From: a virus
Taxonomy: Duplodnaviria > Caudoviricetes
Strand: one strand, 5' to 3'
IMG/VR virus record: IMGVR_UViG_3300023500_000003
Span: 1-58,768 of that record
Length of the DNA: 58,768 nt
Below, in pieces: positions 28,563 to 36,408 of the stretch (position 1 is its first letter; each line of letters begins with the position of its first letter). Under the pieces are notes generated by a model that saw only the letters and a list, made by a program, of their open reading frames with translations, was not told the origin of the DNA and ran no database searches. The position numbers and the translations under genes were made by a program.

Positions 28563-28786
28563 TCGTGGCCCGTCCAGGAGACCTCGAGGCGCTCGTGGTG
28601 GAGCTTCTGTCCATGCCACTTGGGAGTATGATTGACACAAGGGCAGGAGCAATAACACGAACACACCAGCTGAAGTTCGCGATCACTCCTAACAATAAGA
28701 ATGCTGCACTCTTAGGAACTTTCTTCGAGCAGCAAAAATTCGACATCGAAGATATTTTTCTAGATACAGGAGATTTTGAAGGGTGA
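28559..28786 (+). CDS. hypothetical protein
   Basis: GTGA overlaps at both ends. Confidence 0.55.
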   Translation: MIVARPGDLEALVVELLSMPLGSMIDTRAGAITRTHQLKFAITPNNKNAALLGTFFEQQKFDIEDIFLDTGDFEG

Positions 28787-29700
28787 GGCGGCGTCCGGCA
28801 TTTCATAGCAATATCGCGTCTCCCGACAACAACAGAAGATTTGAAATACTCAGCATCCAGGCTGCAGCCACAGGCGACGTGGAGCAGCTTCTCCGCTGTA
28901 TCCGTGGCTTTGGTTACACCTCTGAAAAACTAGATATCGCGACGATGAAGTACATGGAGAGACTCCTGTCAAAACAGGAGATGGGCAACCACCTTACATG
29001 TTTGCGAGATCTGGGATATGCAGGCATGCGCAAGGTCACACCTAAACAGAGAAGTGACATCGCGTATCACTCGTCAGAAGTCGATGATGCTTTGGATTAC
29101 TGGGACTGTATGAAAACTAAGAACGCAGAACTTTCAACTGCGCTAGAAATACTTAGCATGACCTTAGTGATGGCTCCAAAGCTGCTGAAGAAATACTTAG
29201 CATCAGAGGCTTGCTCAGTTTCAAAGCTGGTGGTGTACGTATACGTTAAGAATACTATGAGGAGGAACAGGGAAATGACCGTAGGTCCCACAGAGACCAG
29301 GAAAGCACAAATGCTGCAAGCACTATGCACGAAGGAACCACTGCTTGCGGCCTTACTACTAGAAACAAAGAACGTGGCTACTTTCATGTTGTTTTGTTCC
29401 ATGTTTTCTAAAAAGACTATCGAGTTCCCAGACGTAGCAGACGTTGAAAAGCTCATCACAGCGGGTGCCACAAAGAGCCCAACAAAGCCAGCAATGCGCT
29501 ACCTTGCAGCAGCTAACAAGATCGAGGAGGGTGCAGAGGGACGGCCCATGATTTTGGAGACGTTCATACGGACGTCAGTTGAAGCGTTGGTAACAATGCA
29601 GGCGGCAACAGGGGACGCCATTGCGAGCAAGGTCGCTGACGCAACACTTGCCGAGCTACTTACAATTTACAGGGCTACAACAAAAGCGGGTACTATGTAA
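28783..29700 (+). CDS. hypothetical helical protein coupled to rpoC
   Basis: 305 aa; its TAA overlaps the ATG of the beta' gene. Confidence 0.75.
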   Translation: MRRRPAFHSNIASPDNNRRFEILSIQAAATGDVEQLLRCIRGFGYTSEKLDIATMKYMERLLSKQEMGNHLTCLRDLGYAGMRKVTPKQRSDIAYHSSEVDDALDYWDCMKTKNAELSTALEILSMTLVMAPKLLKKYLASEACSVSKLVVYVYVKNTMRRNREMTVGPTETRKAQMLQALCTKEPLLAALLLETKNVATFMLFCSMFSKKTIEFPDVADVEKLITAGATKSPTKPAMRYLAAANKIEEGAEGRPMILETFIRTSVEALVTMQAATGDAIASKVADATLAELLTIYRATTKAGTM

Positions 29701-32483
29701 TGCGGATGCTGCTGAAGATAATGACAGCTGAGAGTGTTAGGAGAAAGTCGTGCGGAGAAGTGACTGAGGTCAACGCGTACAAAGGATCTGTTCCTAGGGT
29801 AGGCGGTCTTTCATGCTTGCGGATCTTTGGGGCGACTGTGTCGTACAAGTGTGGGTGTGGTGCACTGGAGGGTGTGCACTACTTAGGGAACATCTGCGAT
29901 CACTGCGGTGTTGAAATAGCGCACAACTCGGTAAGAAGAAAAAGGTGGGGACATATCAACCTACCGATACACGTACTGCAGCCGATCTTGCTTGAACCTT
30001 TAGCTAGGGCACTGAAATTGTCACCAGCAGCTTTGAAAAAGATAGCTGTAGGGAAGGCGCGATTTTCGTTAGTAGATGGCCCTATACCAACAAGTATCGG
30101 AGGCATTCGAATTGTGCTTGATCGTGAAGGTGAAGGAACAGGCCCTGTAGATTTGCGAAGTCTGCTTGAGAAGGTAGAGTGGGAAAACCTTGAGTCGCAA
30201 ATCACGCCGGATATTGCGAAGTGTCTCTTCACGAACTGCGTGGGTGTGCTCCCTGCTGACCTCAGACCCGATTCGACTCCTAACAACGACGCCATAGAGC
30301 TTGACGCTATAACACACAAATACGTGTCAGTATTGAATGTGACTAGGGCCTACACCTCTTTGCACAGAGTGGCACCCTTTGTTCCTAAAATCTTAAAGGA
30401 GCTAGCCTTCGGGAGGATACAGGAAGCTGTTCTAAATCTAGTGTTAGGCAGAGGTACCAGTGTTGCACAGGAGGACCCAGGACTGCTTGACTTGCTAACA
30501 GGAAAATCAGGAATGCTCCGAAAAACTGCTCTTGGCAAACGTGTGGATTTCAGTGGCAGGACTGTACTAGGTGGTGCTCCCACGTCAGCTGTAGACCTGA
30601 TGCAACTGCCACGGCACATGGGTAGAGAGCTGTTCAAGCCTTTCATACTTCGTGAACTTGTAGGACAGCAGGGTTTCTCCTATAGAGAATCCTTGCAACT
30701 GTGGAAAGCAGACGCACAAGAAGCGCGTGTTGCGCTGGAGTCAGTAGCAACCTACAGGCGCGTGTTTGTCAACAGAAACCCTTCCCTTCATAAAGCAAGC
30801 GTTGTAGGACTTCGTGTTGAGATAACCGAGGATCTCTGTATGCACTTGCCACATTACGTGTACGCGGGTTTAGCTGCTGATGCTGACGGCGACACCCTCG
30901 CGATACACGTACCAATGTCTGAGGAAGCAATGCAGGAAACACAAACCTTGTTAGCGCCTGAGTACAACCTTCGAACACAAGCAGCAAAGGACCCTGCATA
31001 CGTACCTAGCCATGAATCACTTGGAGGACTGTACCACGCAACAAGCATCCAAGGGAAACCTGGTCCCAGTGTTTACAGAAGTATTGGAGAGCTTGAGATT
31101 CTATTGGACGCAGGAAAGATCAAGTCAAACACAGCTATAACGTGGAAAGAGATCGGGAAGTCTGCTGTTACTACAACCTTGGGGCGGCTAACAATCGCAG
31201 AAATGTGTGGACCGAAGGTGACTTGTGTTCTGGACAAGCAGAGCGTGAAAGAGTACGTGGATTTGATGGTAGAGTCTCTTGATCCGAAACAAGTACTTAT
31301 CGGGCTGCAGAAGCTGCAGGATTACGGCTACGCGGTAGTAACGAAGGCGGGAGTATCAATCGCCCTGCAAGACCTGAAACCACCTGCGAGCAGGGAGGAA
31401 GTATTCAGCAAAGCTAGGATCGCTGCTGAGGGGGCAAGCGTTGATGAGTTACACAGTATCTGGGAGGAAGCAATCGCCAAGGTCTACGCATCGTGGCAAG
31501 CTGAAGGCGGTGATGACCCATCGCATCCTGCGCACTTCTTTAATATCGCAGCAGGAAGATTGTCCGACATCCAAGTACGTCAGCTGATGGTGGCTAAAGG
31601 GCTACAAGCGAACTACAAAGAGGAGCTGCTCAACTTCGTGATAGAAGGATGCCTGAGTGAAGGGCTGTCAATACCTGATTATCTAAGATCCATGTCAGGG
31701 TCGAGGGCCTCACATATTGCTAAAATTGACGCTACACCGAAATCAGGATACATAGCCAGGAAACTTGTCCACATCGGCAGAGACCTGTACATCACAGGAT
31801 TCGACTGTGGGACTACAAACACATTGGATGTTAAAGAGGGGTATGGGAGGTACGACAGCTGTGGTATACAGATAACCACACACGGTAAAGCAAGTGTGAG
31901 GTCGCCTATCTTCTGTGAGGAAGGACAGGGTGTTTGCATCAAGTGTTACGGTGCTATTGGGAAGCTCCACCTTCTCCCTGTGCTGCATGAGCCTGTAGGC
32001 ATCTGCGCGGGGCAGTCCTTCTCTGAGCGTGCTACACAGAAGTCTTTGCAGAAAAAGCACTCAGGCGGCGCAGCTGGGGCAGAATCAGGGATCAATGCGA
32101 TGGATCACGCAGTTGAGCTGCAGGTCAAGTACAAGCACCTAAAGCTAGGAGAATGGTGTGACAATGCAAAAGAACTGTATTCTGTATTTTCAGCAATCGT
32201 AGGAACGTCAGTGGCTTCACAGCATAGTGAGACCCTTGTGCTTGGCATGAGCGCGTTGAGCCTCCAGGGTGACGAGTACGTGTACTGGGAGAAGTTCCCA
32301 GAAGGTAGGCAACTCCTGGGGGCTACATCTTTGATGCGCAGACACCCTTCATGGCTCCGTTCTATAGGATTTGGGTACGTTAAGGAGAAGTTGATATCAA
32401 CAGTGCTACAAGGGAAGACAACGCAGGAAGTGCCAGGGGAGTATATCTTCACAGGACTTCTCGACGTGGTGAGGGTGGAGTGA
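29700..32483 (+). CDS. rpoC: RNA polymerase beta' subunit, compact and divergent
   Basis: collinear with RpoC: RIFG..YKCGCG..CDHCGVE..RRKRWGHI, GKRVDFSGRTV, NRNPSLH, ADADGD, SGYIARKLV, DCGT..RSP..C..CIKCYG, trigger loop GQSFSERATQKSLQKKHSGG. Confidence 0.93.
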   Translation: MRMLLKIMTAESVRRKSCGEVTEVNAYKGSVPRVGGLSCLRIFGATVSYKCGCGALEGVHYLGNICDHCGVEIAHNSVRRKRWGHINLPIHVLQPILLEPLARALKLSPAALKKIAVGKARFSLVDGPIPTSIGGIRIVLDREGEGTGPVDLRSLLEKVEWENLESQITPDIAKCLFTNCVGVLPADLRPDSTPNNDAIELDAITHKYVSVLNVTRAYTSLHRVAPFVPKILKELAFGRIQEAVLNLVLGRGTSVAQEDPGLLDLLTGKSGMLRKTALGKRVDFSGRTVLGGAPTSAVDLMQLPRHMGRELFKPFILRELVGQQGFSYRESLQLWKADAQEARVALESVATYRRVFVNRNPSLHKASVVGLRVEITEDLCMHLPHYVYAGLAADADGDTLAIHVPMSEEAMQETQTLLAPEYNLRTQAAKDPAYVPSHESLGGLYHATSIQGKPGPSVYRSIGELEILLDAGKIKSNTAITWKEIGKSAVTTTLGRLTIAEMCGPKVTCVLDKQSVKEYVDLMVESLDPKQVLIGLQKLQDYGYAVVTKAGVSIALQDLKPPASREEVFSKARIAAEGASVDELHSIWEEAIAKVYASWQAEGGDDPSHPAHFFNIAAGRLSDIQVRQLMVAKGLQANYKEELLNFVIEGCLSEGLSIPDYLRSMSGSRASHIAKIDATPKSGYIARKLVHIGRDLYITGFDCGTTNTLDVKEGYGRYDSCGIQITTHGKASVRSPIFCEEGQGVCIKCYGAIGKLHLLPVLHEPVGICAGQSFSERATQKSLQKKHSGGAAGAESGINAMDHAVELQVKYKHLKLGEWCDNAKELYSVFSAIVGTSVASQHSETLVLGMSALSLQGDEYVYWEKFPEGRQLLGATSLMRRHPSWLRSIGFGYVKEKLISTVLQGKTTQEVPGEYIFTGLLDVVRVE

Positions 32484-32665
32484 TGGATCAATGGTCCCCG
32501 TATATACTAACAAAACTATGCCAGCAGCTAGACCTAAGCAGAGCAAAAACGCACTCGCTACTTGAGATGAAGACCACAGCAACAAAGGATCCACGTGGCG
32601 ATAGCGCAGTTAGCGCACCCTCCGTGGGCACAGGGAGGGTATTTTGGCTGCAAAAGAAAAAATGA
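32480..32665 (+). CDS. hypothetical protein
   Basis: overlaps rpoC stop and next ORF start. Confidence 0.4.
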   Translation: MMDQWSPYILTKLCQQLDLSRAKTHSLLEMKTTATKDPRGDSAVSAPSVGTGRVFWLQKKK

Positions 32666-33318
32666 TAATAAGGAAAGGGACTATGGTGCTTGACATGCGT
32701 TCTCCTTTTTCCGGTAAATTGATAGGAAACGCCGAACGTTCAGCGGCCTTACGGCGGCGCGTAGCACCTGCTGCTGTTGACCCTTTGATCAAAGTGGCTG
32801 ATGGTGTGTACTACGGGCTGAAGCCACTCAGGCACGTGTACACTATTTACAGCACGTCACTGCCTTGGCAGCAAGGAAACGTAGAGTGGCATGACCTGCT
32901 AGAACACGTGTACAGGGAGGAGTCTTCCTTTCTTAGACGCAGGACACTCACACCCTTACAATTGCTAAGTGCTCCCTACGATGTGTTGATATCAGACATG
33001 GAATGGGCGAGTGAAGTGGAAGGTGTAGAGTTCCACCCAATGCCTGAATTGCATGTTACAGAATTCAAGGGACTCCCTCACAAGTATGCGCCTCTAGACC
33101 CAGTACTAGCCTTTCATAAGTCTTTACCACTGCACATACTTCCAGCAGCTGTGTGGCCTTTCATTTCAAAAGTATCAGGCGATCTGCCGTATGTTAAGAA
33201 AGGGGCATCAGTTCTCATAGCCACACTCAGCGCACAATGTGTTGCTGCTTGGATAGCAACACAGTACCCAATTTCGTTGCCTGTAGTGATGCATGCAACA
33301 GCCTTACAAAGGAGTTGA
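32644..33318 (+). CDS. hypothetical protein
   Basis: GGGAGG RBS upstream; last gene of this operon. Confidence 0.65.
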   Translation: MAAKEKMIIRKGTMVLDMRSPFSGKLIGNAERSAALRRRVAPAAVDPLIKVADGVYYGLKPLRHVYTIYSTSLPWQQGNVEWHDLLEHVYREESSFLRRRTLTPLQLLSAPYDVLISDMEWASEVEGVEFHPMPELHVTEFKGLPHKYAPLDPVLAFHKSLPLHILPAAVWPFISKVSGDLPYVKKGASVLIATLSAQCVAAWIATQYPISLPVVMHATALQRS

Positions 33319-33356
33319 ATTTTTGAAAAAATAGTCGTATTGCATCAATCTATGAA

Positions 33357-33379
33357 GAATCGCTCCTTGGCCAGTATGT
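33357..33379 (+). promoter_or_regulatory. phage promoter-like motif
   Basis: GAATC-GCTCCTTGGCC-AGTATGT then AAGGAGG. Confidence 0.6.
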
Positions 33380-33436
33380 TAGCTGTGCAGTCAGAAAAGG
33401 AGGAACAATTATGGAAGACATTGTCGAGAGCAACAT

Positions 33437-33688
33437 ATGAAGGTCGTGGAAGAATACTCCACGGCCTTATATTTGTATGTATGCTACGAAGAAGTCATGG
33501 AGGACAACATTAAGCTCTTCCATGAAGTAGTGCTTGGCAACGGTAGGGTAGTAAACATGGACTGGTCGCCTTACCGCATACCAACACAGGAAGAAGTGGC
33601 ACAATGGTTCAAGTTGGGCATGCCTAAACGTGTAGGTATTGCTCCATTGAACAGCGTTGAGTTAGCAAACATGGGAAGCAAGACATGA
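33437..33688 (+). CDS. hypothetical protein
   Basis: ORF track. Confidence 0.55.
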   Translation: MKVVEEYSTALYLYVCYEEVMEDNIKLFHEVVLGNGRVVNMDWSPYRIPTQEEVAQWFKLGMPKRVGIAPLNSVELANMGSKT

Positions 33689-33814
33689 ACGTTTGCATAG
33701 GCGTGCACGGGGAAGTGTGCGGTGAGCCCACAACCAGCCAGACACTACTTTGTGACAAGTGCTACAAGGAGCACAAGAACACGAGTGCGCGTACAAAGAA
33801 AAAAGGAGGTAGTC

Positions 33815-33979
33815 ATGCAAGAAATCAAATTGCTAGGAGCTAGGACATTTACGCTAGACAGCATACTATTTACACGGCTCCGCATCGAGTGCAACAACAA
33901 GAGATCGTTCGTCACATTTACAACAGGAGCGTGCCCTGCGCTGTACGCAAAATTAACACTATACAGGAGCACAATATGA
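33815..33979 (+). CDS. hypothetical protein
   Basis: AAGGAGG RBS; MQEIKLLG start. Confidence 0.55.
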   Translation: MQEIKLLGARTFTLDSILFTRLRIECNNKRSFVTFTTGACPALYAKLTLYRSTI

Positions 33980-35016
33980 AAAATTATATCTTAGCGGCTG
34001 CGTTGTCGATGACAATGCCAATCACGGCATCAGCTTTCTGGGGAAACCCTGCACTGGAGGTGAGCGATAAGGACAAGGCGGTTGGCTTGATGGTCCATAT
34101 TGAAGAATCACTACGGGTAGCACCACCCAATTCCTGTGAGGGGTATCGGCAGACTGTTCTTGATTCGTTCGAACTCGACGACCTGGACTACGAGAAAACA
34201 GTTGAATCTGGTATTGCGGCGGCGCCCTTCATCCAAATAGTGTCAGCAGGAGGACGCTGCACTATTACAAGCCTTGAGCGACAAGTATTGGTGGCAGCGC
34301 AAAGGAAACTTGCTGCTGATATGGAAGCTGCAAACACTAAAGCAGCAGCATTGCTTCCCGAATTCGAGATGGCATTTGGTGATGTGACGATGGCGGAGTT
34401 GGGTGACTACTTTCTTGACTACGTCAAAGGTACATACAAAAGTAGGAACCAAGCACTGGGTTTTGCACTGCGGAACGCAGCTGGCGGACCGAACTCCTAC
34501 GATGTAGGCAAGAATGTAAACATAATCCACGCTAATTTCAACGAAGCCATGGACGGTGTCATAGAAGTGCAAAGGGCTCGCAAAGCACACAAGGCCGAGC
34601 TAGCGCGTAAGAATGAAGCTGCTGAAGTAGCTGCCCGAGCCAAGGAAGCCAAGGAGGCTCTGCATGCTGCAGCACGTGCTGCCGAGAGTAAGCGTGTAGA
34701 CGACGAATATCAGGCAGTCAAACAAGTGGCAGCTGATAAACGGGCAGCAATCAAAGCTGATAAGGTAAGAGTGCTAGCCCTCAATATGGCTGCCTACAAC
34801 AAGATGAAAGCATCGTACGACCACATGTGGGAAGTGTGCCACGTGAAGGTGATGCCAGGGAATGTTAGAGATACCTACACGAAAGCACGGCAATGGTTCG
34901 AGGGTGTAACAGCCAACGTTGCAGTAGGAATCTTCGCACGCCCCAAGTCCGCCGCGGTAGTCATGGACTTCATCAACAAAGGCACAGCCGCTTGTGACGA
35001 GGCGGCCACCATATAA
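33976..35016 (+). CDS. exported coiled-coil protein
   Basis: signal peptide MKNYILAAALSMTMPITASA; Ala/Lys/Glu-rich helix; AGGAG RBS. Confidence 0.75.
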   Translation: MKNYILAAALSMTMPITASAFWGNPALEVSDKDKAVGLMVHIEESLRVAPPNSCEGYRQTVLDSFELDDLDYEKTVESGIAAAPFIQIVSAGGRCTITSLERQVLVAAQRKLAADMEAANTKAAALLPEFEMAFGDVTMAELGDYFLDYVKGTYKSRNQALGFALRNAAGGPNSYDVGKNVNIIHANFNEAMDGVIEVQRARKAHKAELARKNEAAEVAARAKEAKEALHAAARAAESKRVDDEYQAVKQVAADKRAAIKADKVRVLALNMAAYNKMKASYDHMWEVCHVKVMPGNVRDTYTKARQWFEGVTANVAVGIFARPKSAAVVMDFINKGTAACDEAATI

Positions 35017-35058
35017 ATGGCCGCAGATCATGCAGAGATTGGATGAACTATACTGGTG

Positions 35059-35155
35059 CTTGATATCTTCAAGTATATATGCATAATACGGCCTTGTAGA
35101 AGGTGAGAGTTCTACAAACCAAAACTAGAGGAGGCACAAGATGCCACAATTCACG
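35059..35155 (+). promoter_or_regulatory. promoter cassette, copy 3
   Basis: 97 bp identical to 16222-16318, including the first five codons (MPQFT) of the sigma-like gene. Confidence 0.85.
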
Positions 35156-35208
35156 GAAAAAAGAATCAAACACATTGTCACTTACTTTAGCAACGCTGAG
35201 GTGGTGAA

Positions 35209-35520
35209 ATGAACGAAGCAGAGAATAAATACGAGAATGCACTGCGCGACATGGCTGACCCAAGCGATCTGACCAACATGTTTGGATATGAAGCGGGATT
35301 GAAGCTAATGACAATGACAAGAGAGCAGAGATGTCGGATGTTCGCCCACGCAGTAAAAGCCGCAGAGGACTCTGATTTAGATGAGATCATACAATGTATG
35401 TTCCACCCACGCAATTACGATGCGGAAGTAGGATCTCGGACGGGTAGAGTGCTGGCCCGCTATATGCGACCCTTCATTGTAGCTGACTATCAGCTGTATG
35501 CGGCCAGCCATTGTAGCTGA
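35209..35520 (+). CDS. hypothetical protein
   Basis: GAGGTG RBS; coupled to a 23-aa leader ORF at 35141-35212. Confidence 0.6.
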   Translation: MNEAENKYENALRDMADPSDLTNMFGYEAGLKLMTMTREQRCRMFAHAVKAAEDSDLDEIIQCMFHPRNYDAEVGSRTGRVLARYMRPFIVADYQLYAASHCS

Positions 35521-35842
35521 CTACGAAAAGATCATGCAGCGTGACTATGATGACGACATTGACCATAAGGCAAATCAGGCCGACCAAGACATGCCGAGGT
35601 ACAAAGAAGAACGATTGATGGGGGATGAATTGGTTATTAAATATAGCTGTATAGCAGGAAGCTTAGTGGTAGTAGCAGGAATCTTACTGCTACTAAGCAA
35701 CCTGTACCCGTATCAACCCAAGCAGGAGACAGAATACCTAGAGCCATACACACCTGAGGCTGTCTGTCTAACATGGATTCAGGCTCAGCAGAAGTATGGT
35801 GCGCTTGGTATGGAGTTCATGATTAACCAACGATGCGAATAG
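35498..35842 (+). CDS. hypothetical membrane protein
   Basis: one hydrophobic segment; begins inside a 34-nt-period duplication. Confidence 0.5.
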   Translation: MRPAIVADYEKIMQRDYDDDIDHKANQADQDMPRYKEERLMGDELVIKYSCIAGSLVVVAGILLLLSNLYPYQPKQETEYLEPYTPEAVCLTWIQAQQKYGALGMEFMINQRCE

Positions 35843-35853
35843 GAGATAATATT

Positions 35854-35994
35854 ATGATGCTAGTTGCGTTAACTCATGGTGAATGTCTTGAAGAAATGGA
35901 CAAGCTGATTGAAGCCGCCGCTGATGCGCTGGTGAGTAAGAACGACAGCCAACAGGGGTTGAAAGATGCGCTACAACGTCACCGTGATAAGTAG
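35854..35994 (+). pseudogene. relic 5' end of an MTase paralogue fused to unrelated sequence
   Basis: MLVALTHGECLEEMDKLIE vs MLVELIHGECLAEMDKLID at 5367; AGGAG RBS. Confidence 0.7.
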
Positions 35995-36090
35995 GAACAC
36001 AACAATACTCGGCCTCGGCATATTGATTGCTATGGCCGGGTTGGTTTCTGTGATTTGGTGGCCGATTATGAAGATTAAGGAGTTGATGAA

Positions 36091-36408
36091 ATGATGAACT
36101 GGCGAACAGATAAGCCACCCCAGGATGAAGGAACATTCATTGCAATGGTTGGGTACCCATGGCCAACAATCCTTATCTGGAATGAGTTTGATGAGGATTA
36201 TGCTTACGTTGAGATTGGCGCACAAGAATTGCAAGAATCACCGAATGCGCCTGTAAAAATGGACACATGGTTTGAAAGTGAACATTGCCGTGAAGATGAA
36301 ATTACACATTGGATGCCGATGCCCTCCCTGCCCCTATCATCTAAGATCAAGCGCAATGCGGAGAAGCTGAAAGCGAGGGATGACATGAAAAACGGCGCGA
36401 GGGCATGA
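36091..36408 (+). CDS. DUF551-family protein
   Basis: W...PP....I ... ITHWMPMPSLP. Confidence 0.75.
   Translation: MMNWRTDKPPQDEGTFIAMVGYPWPTILIWNEFDEDYAYVEIGAQELQESPNAPVKMDTWFESEHCREDEITHWMPMPSLPLSSKIKRNAEKLKARDDMKNGARA

Noticed and set aside
28783-29700. RNA polymerase beta subunit upstream of rpoC
   Set aside because: Only 305 aa and lacks GDK..RHG.KG and other RpoB motifs
911-35414. Numerous minus-strand ORFs opposite + strand genes (and + strand ORFs within 43.9-58.4 kb)
   Set aside because: Antisense shadows of well-supported genes, with no motifs or RBS
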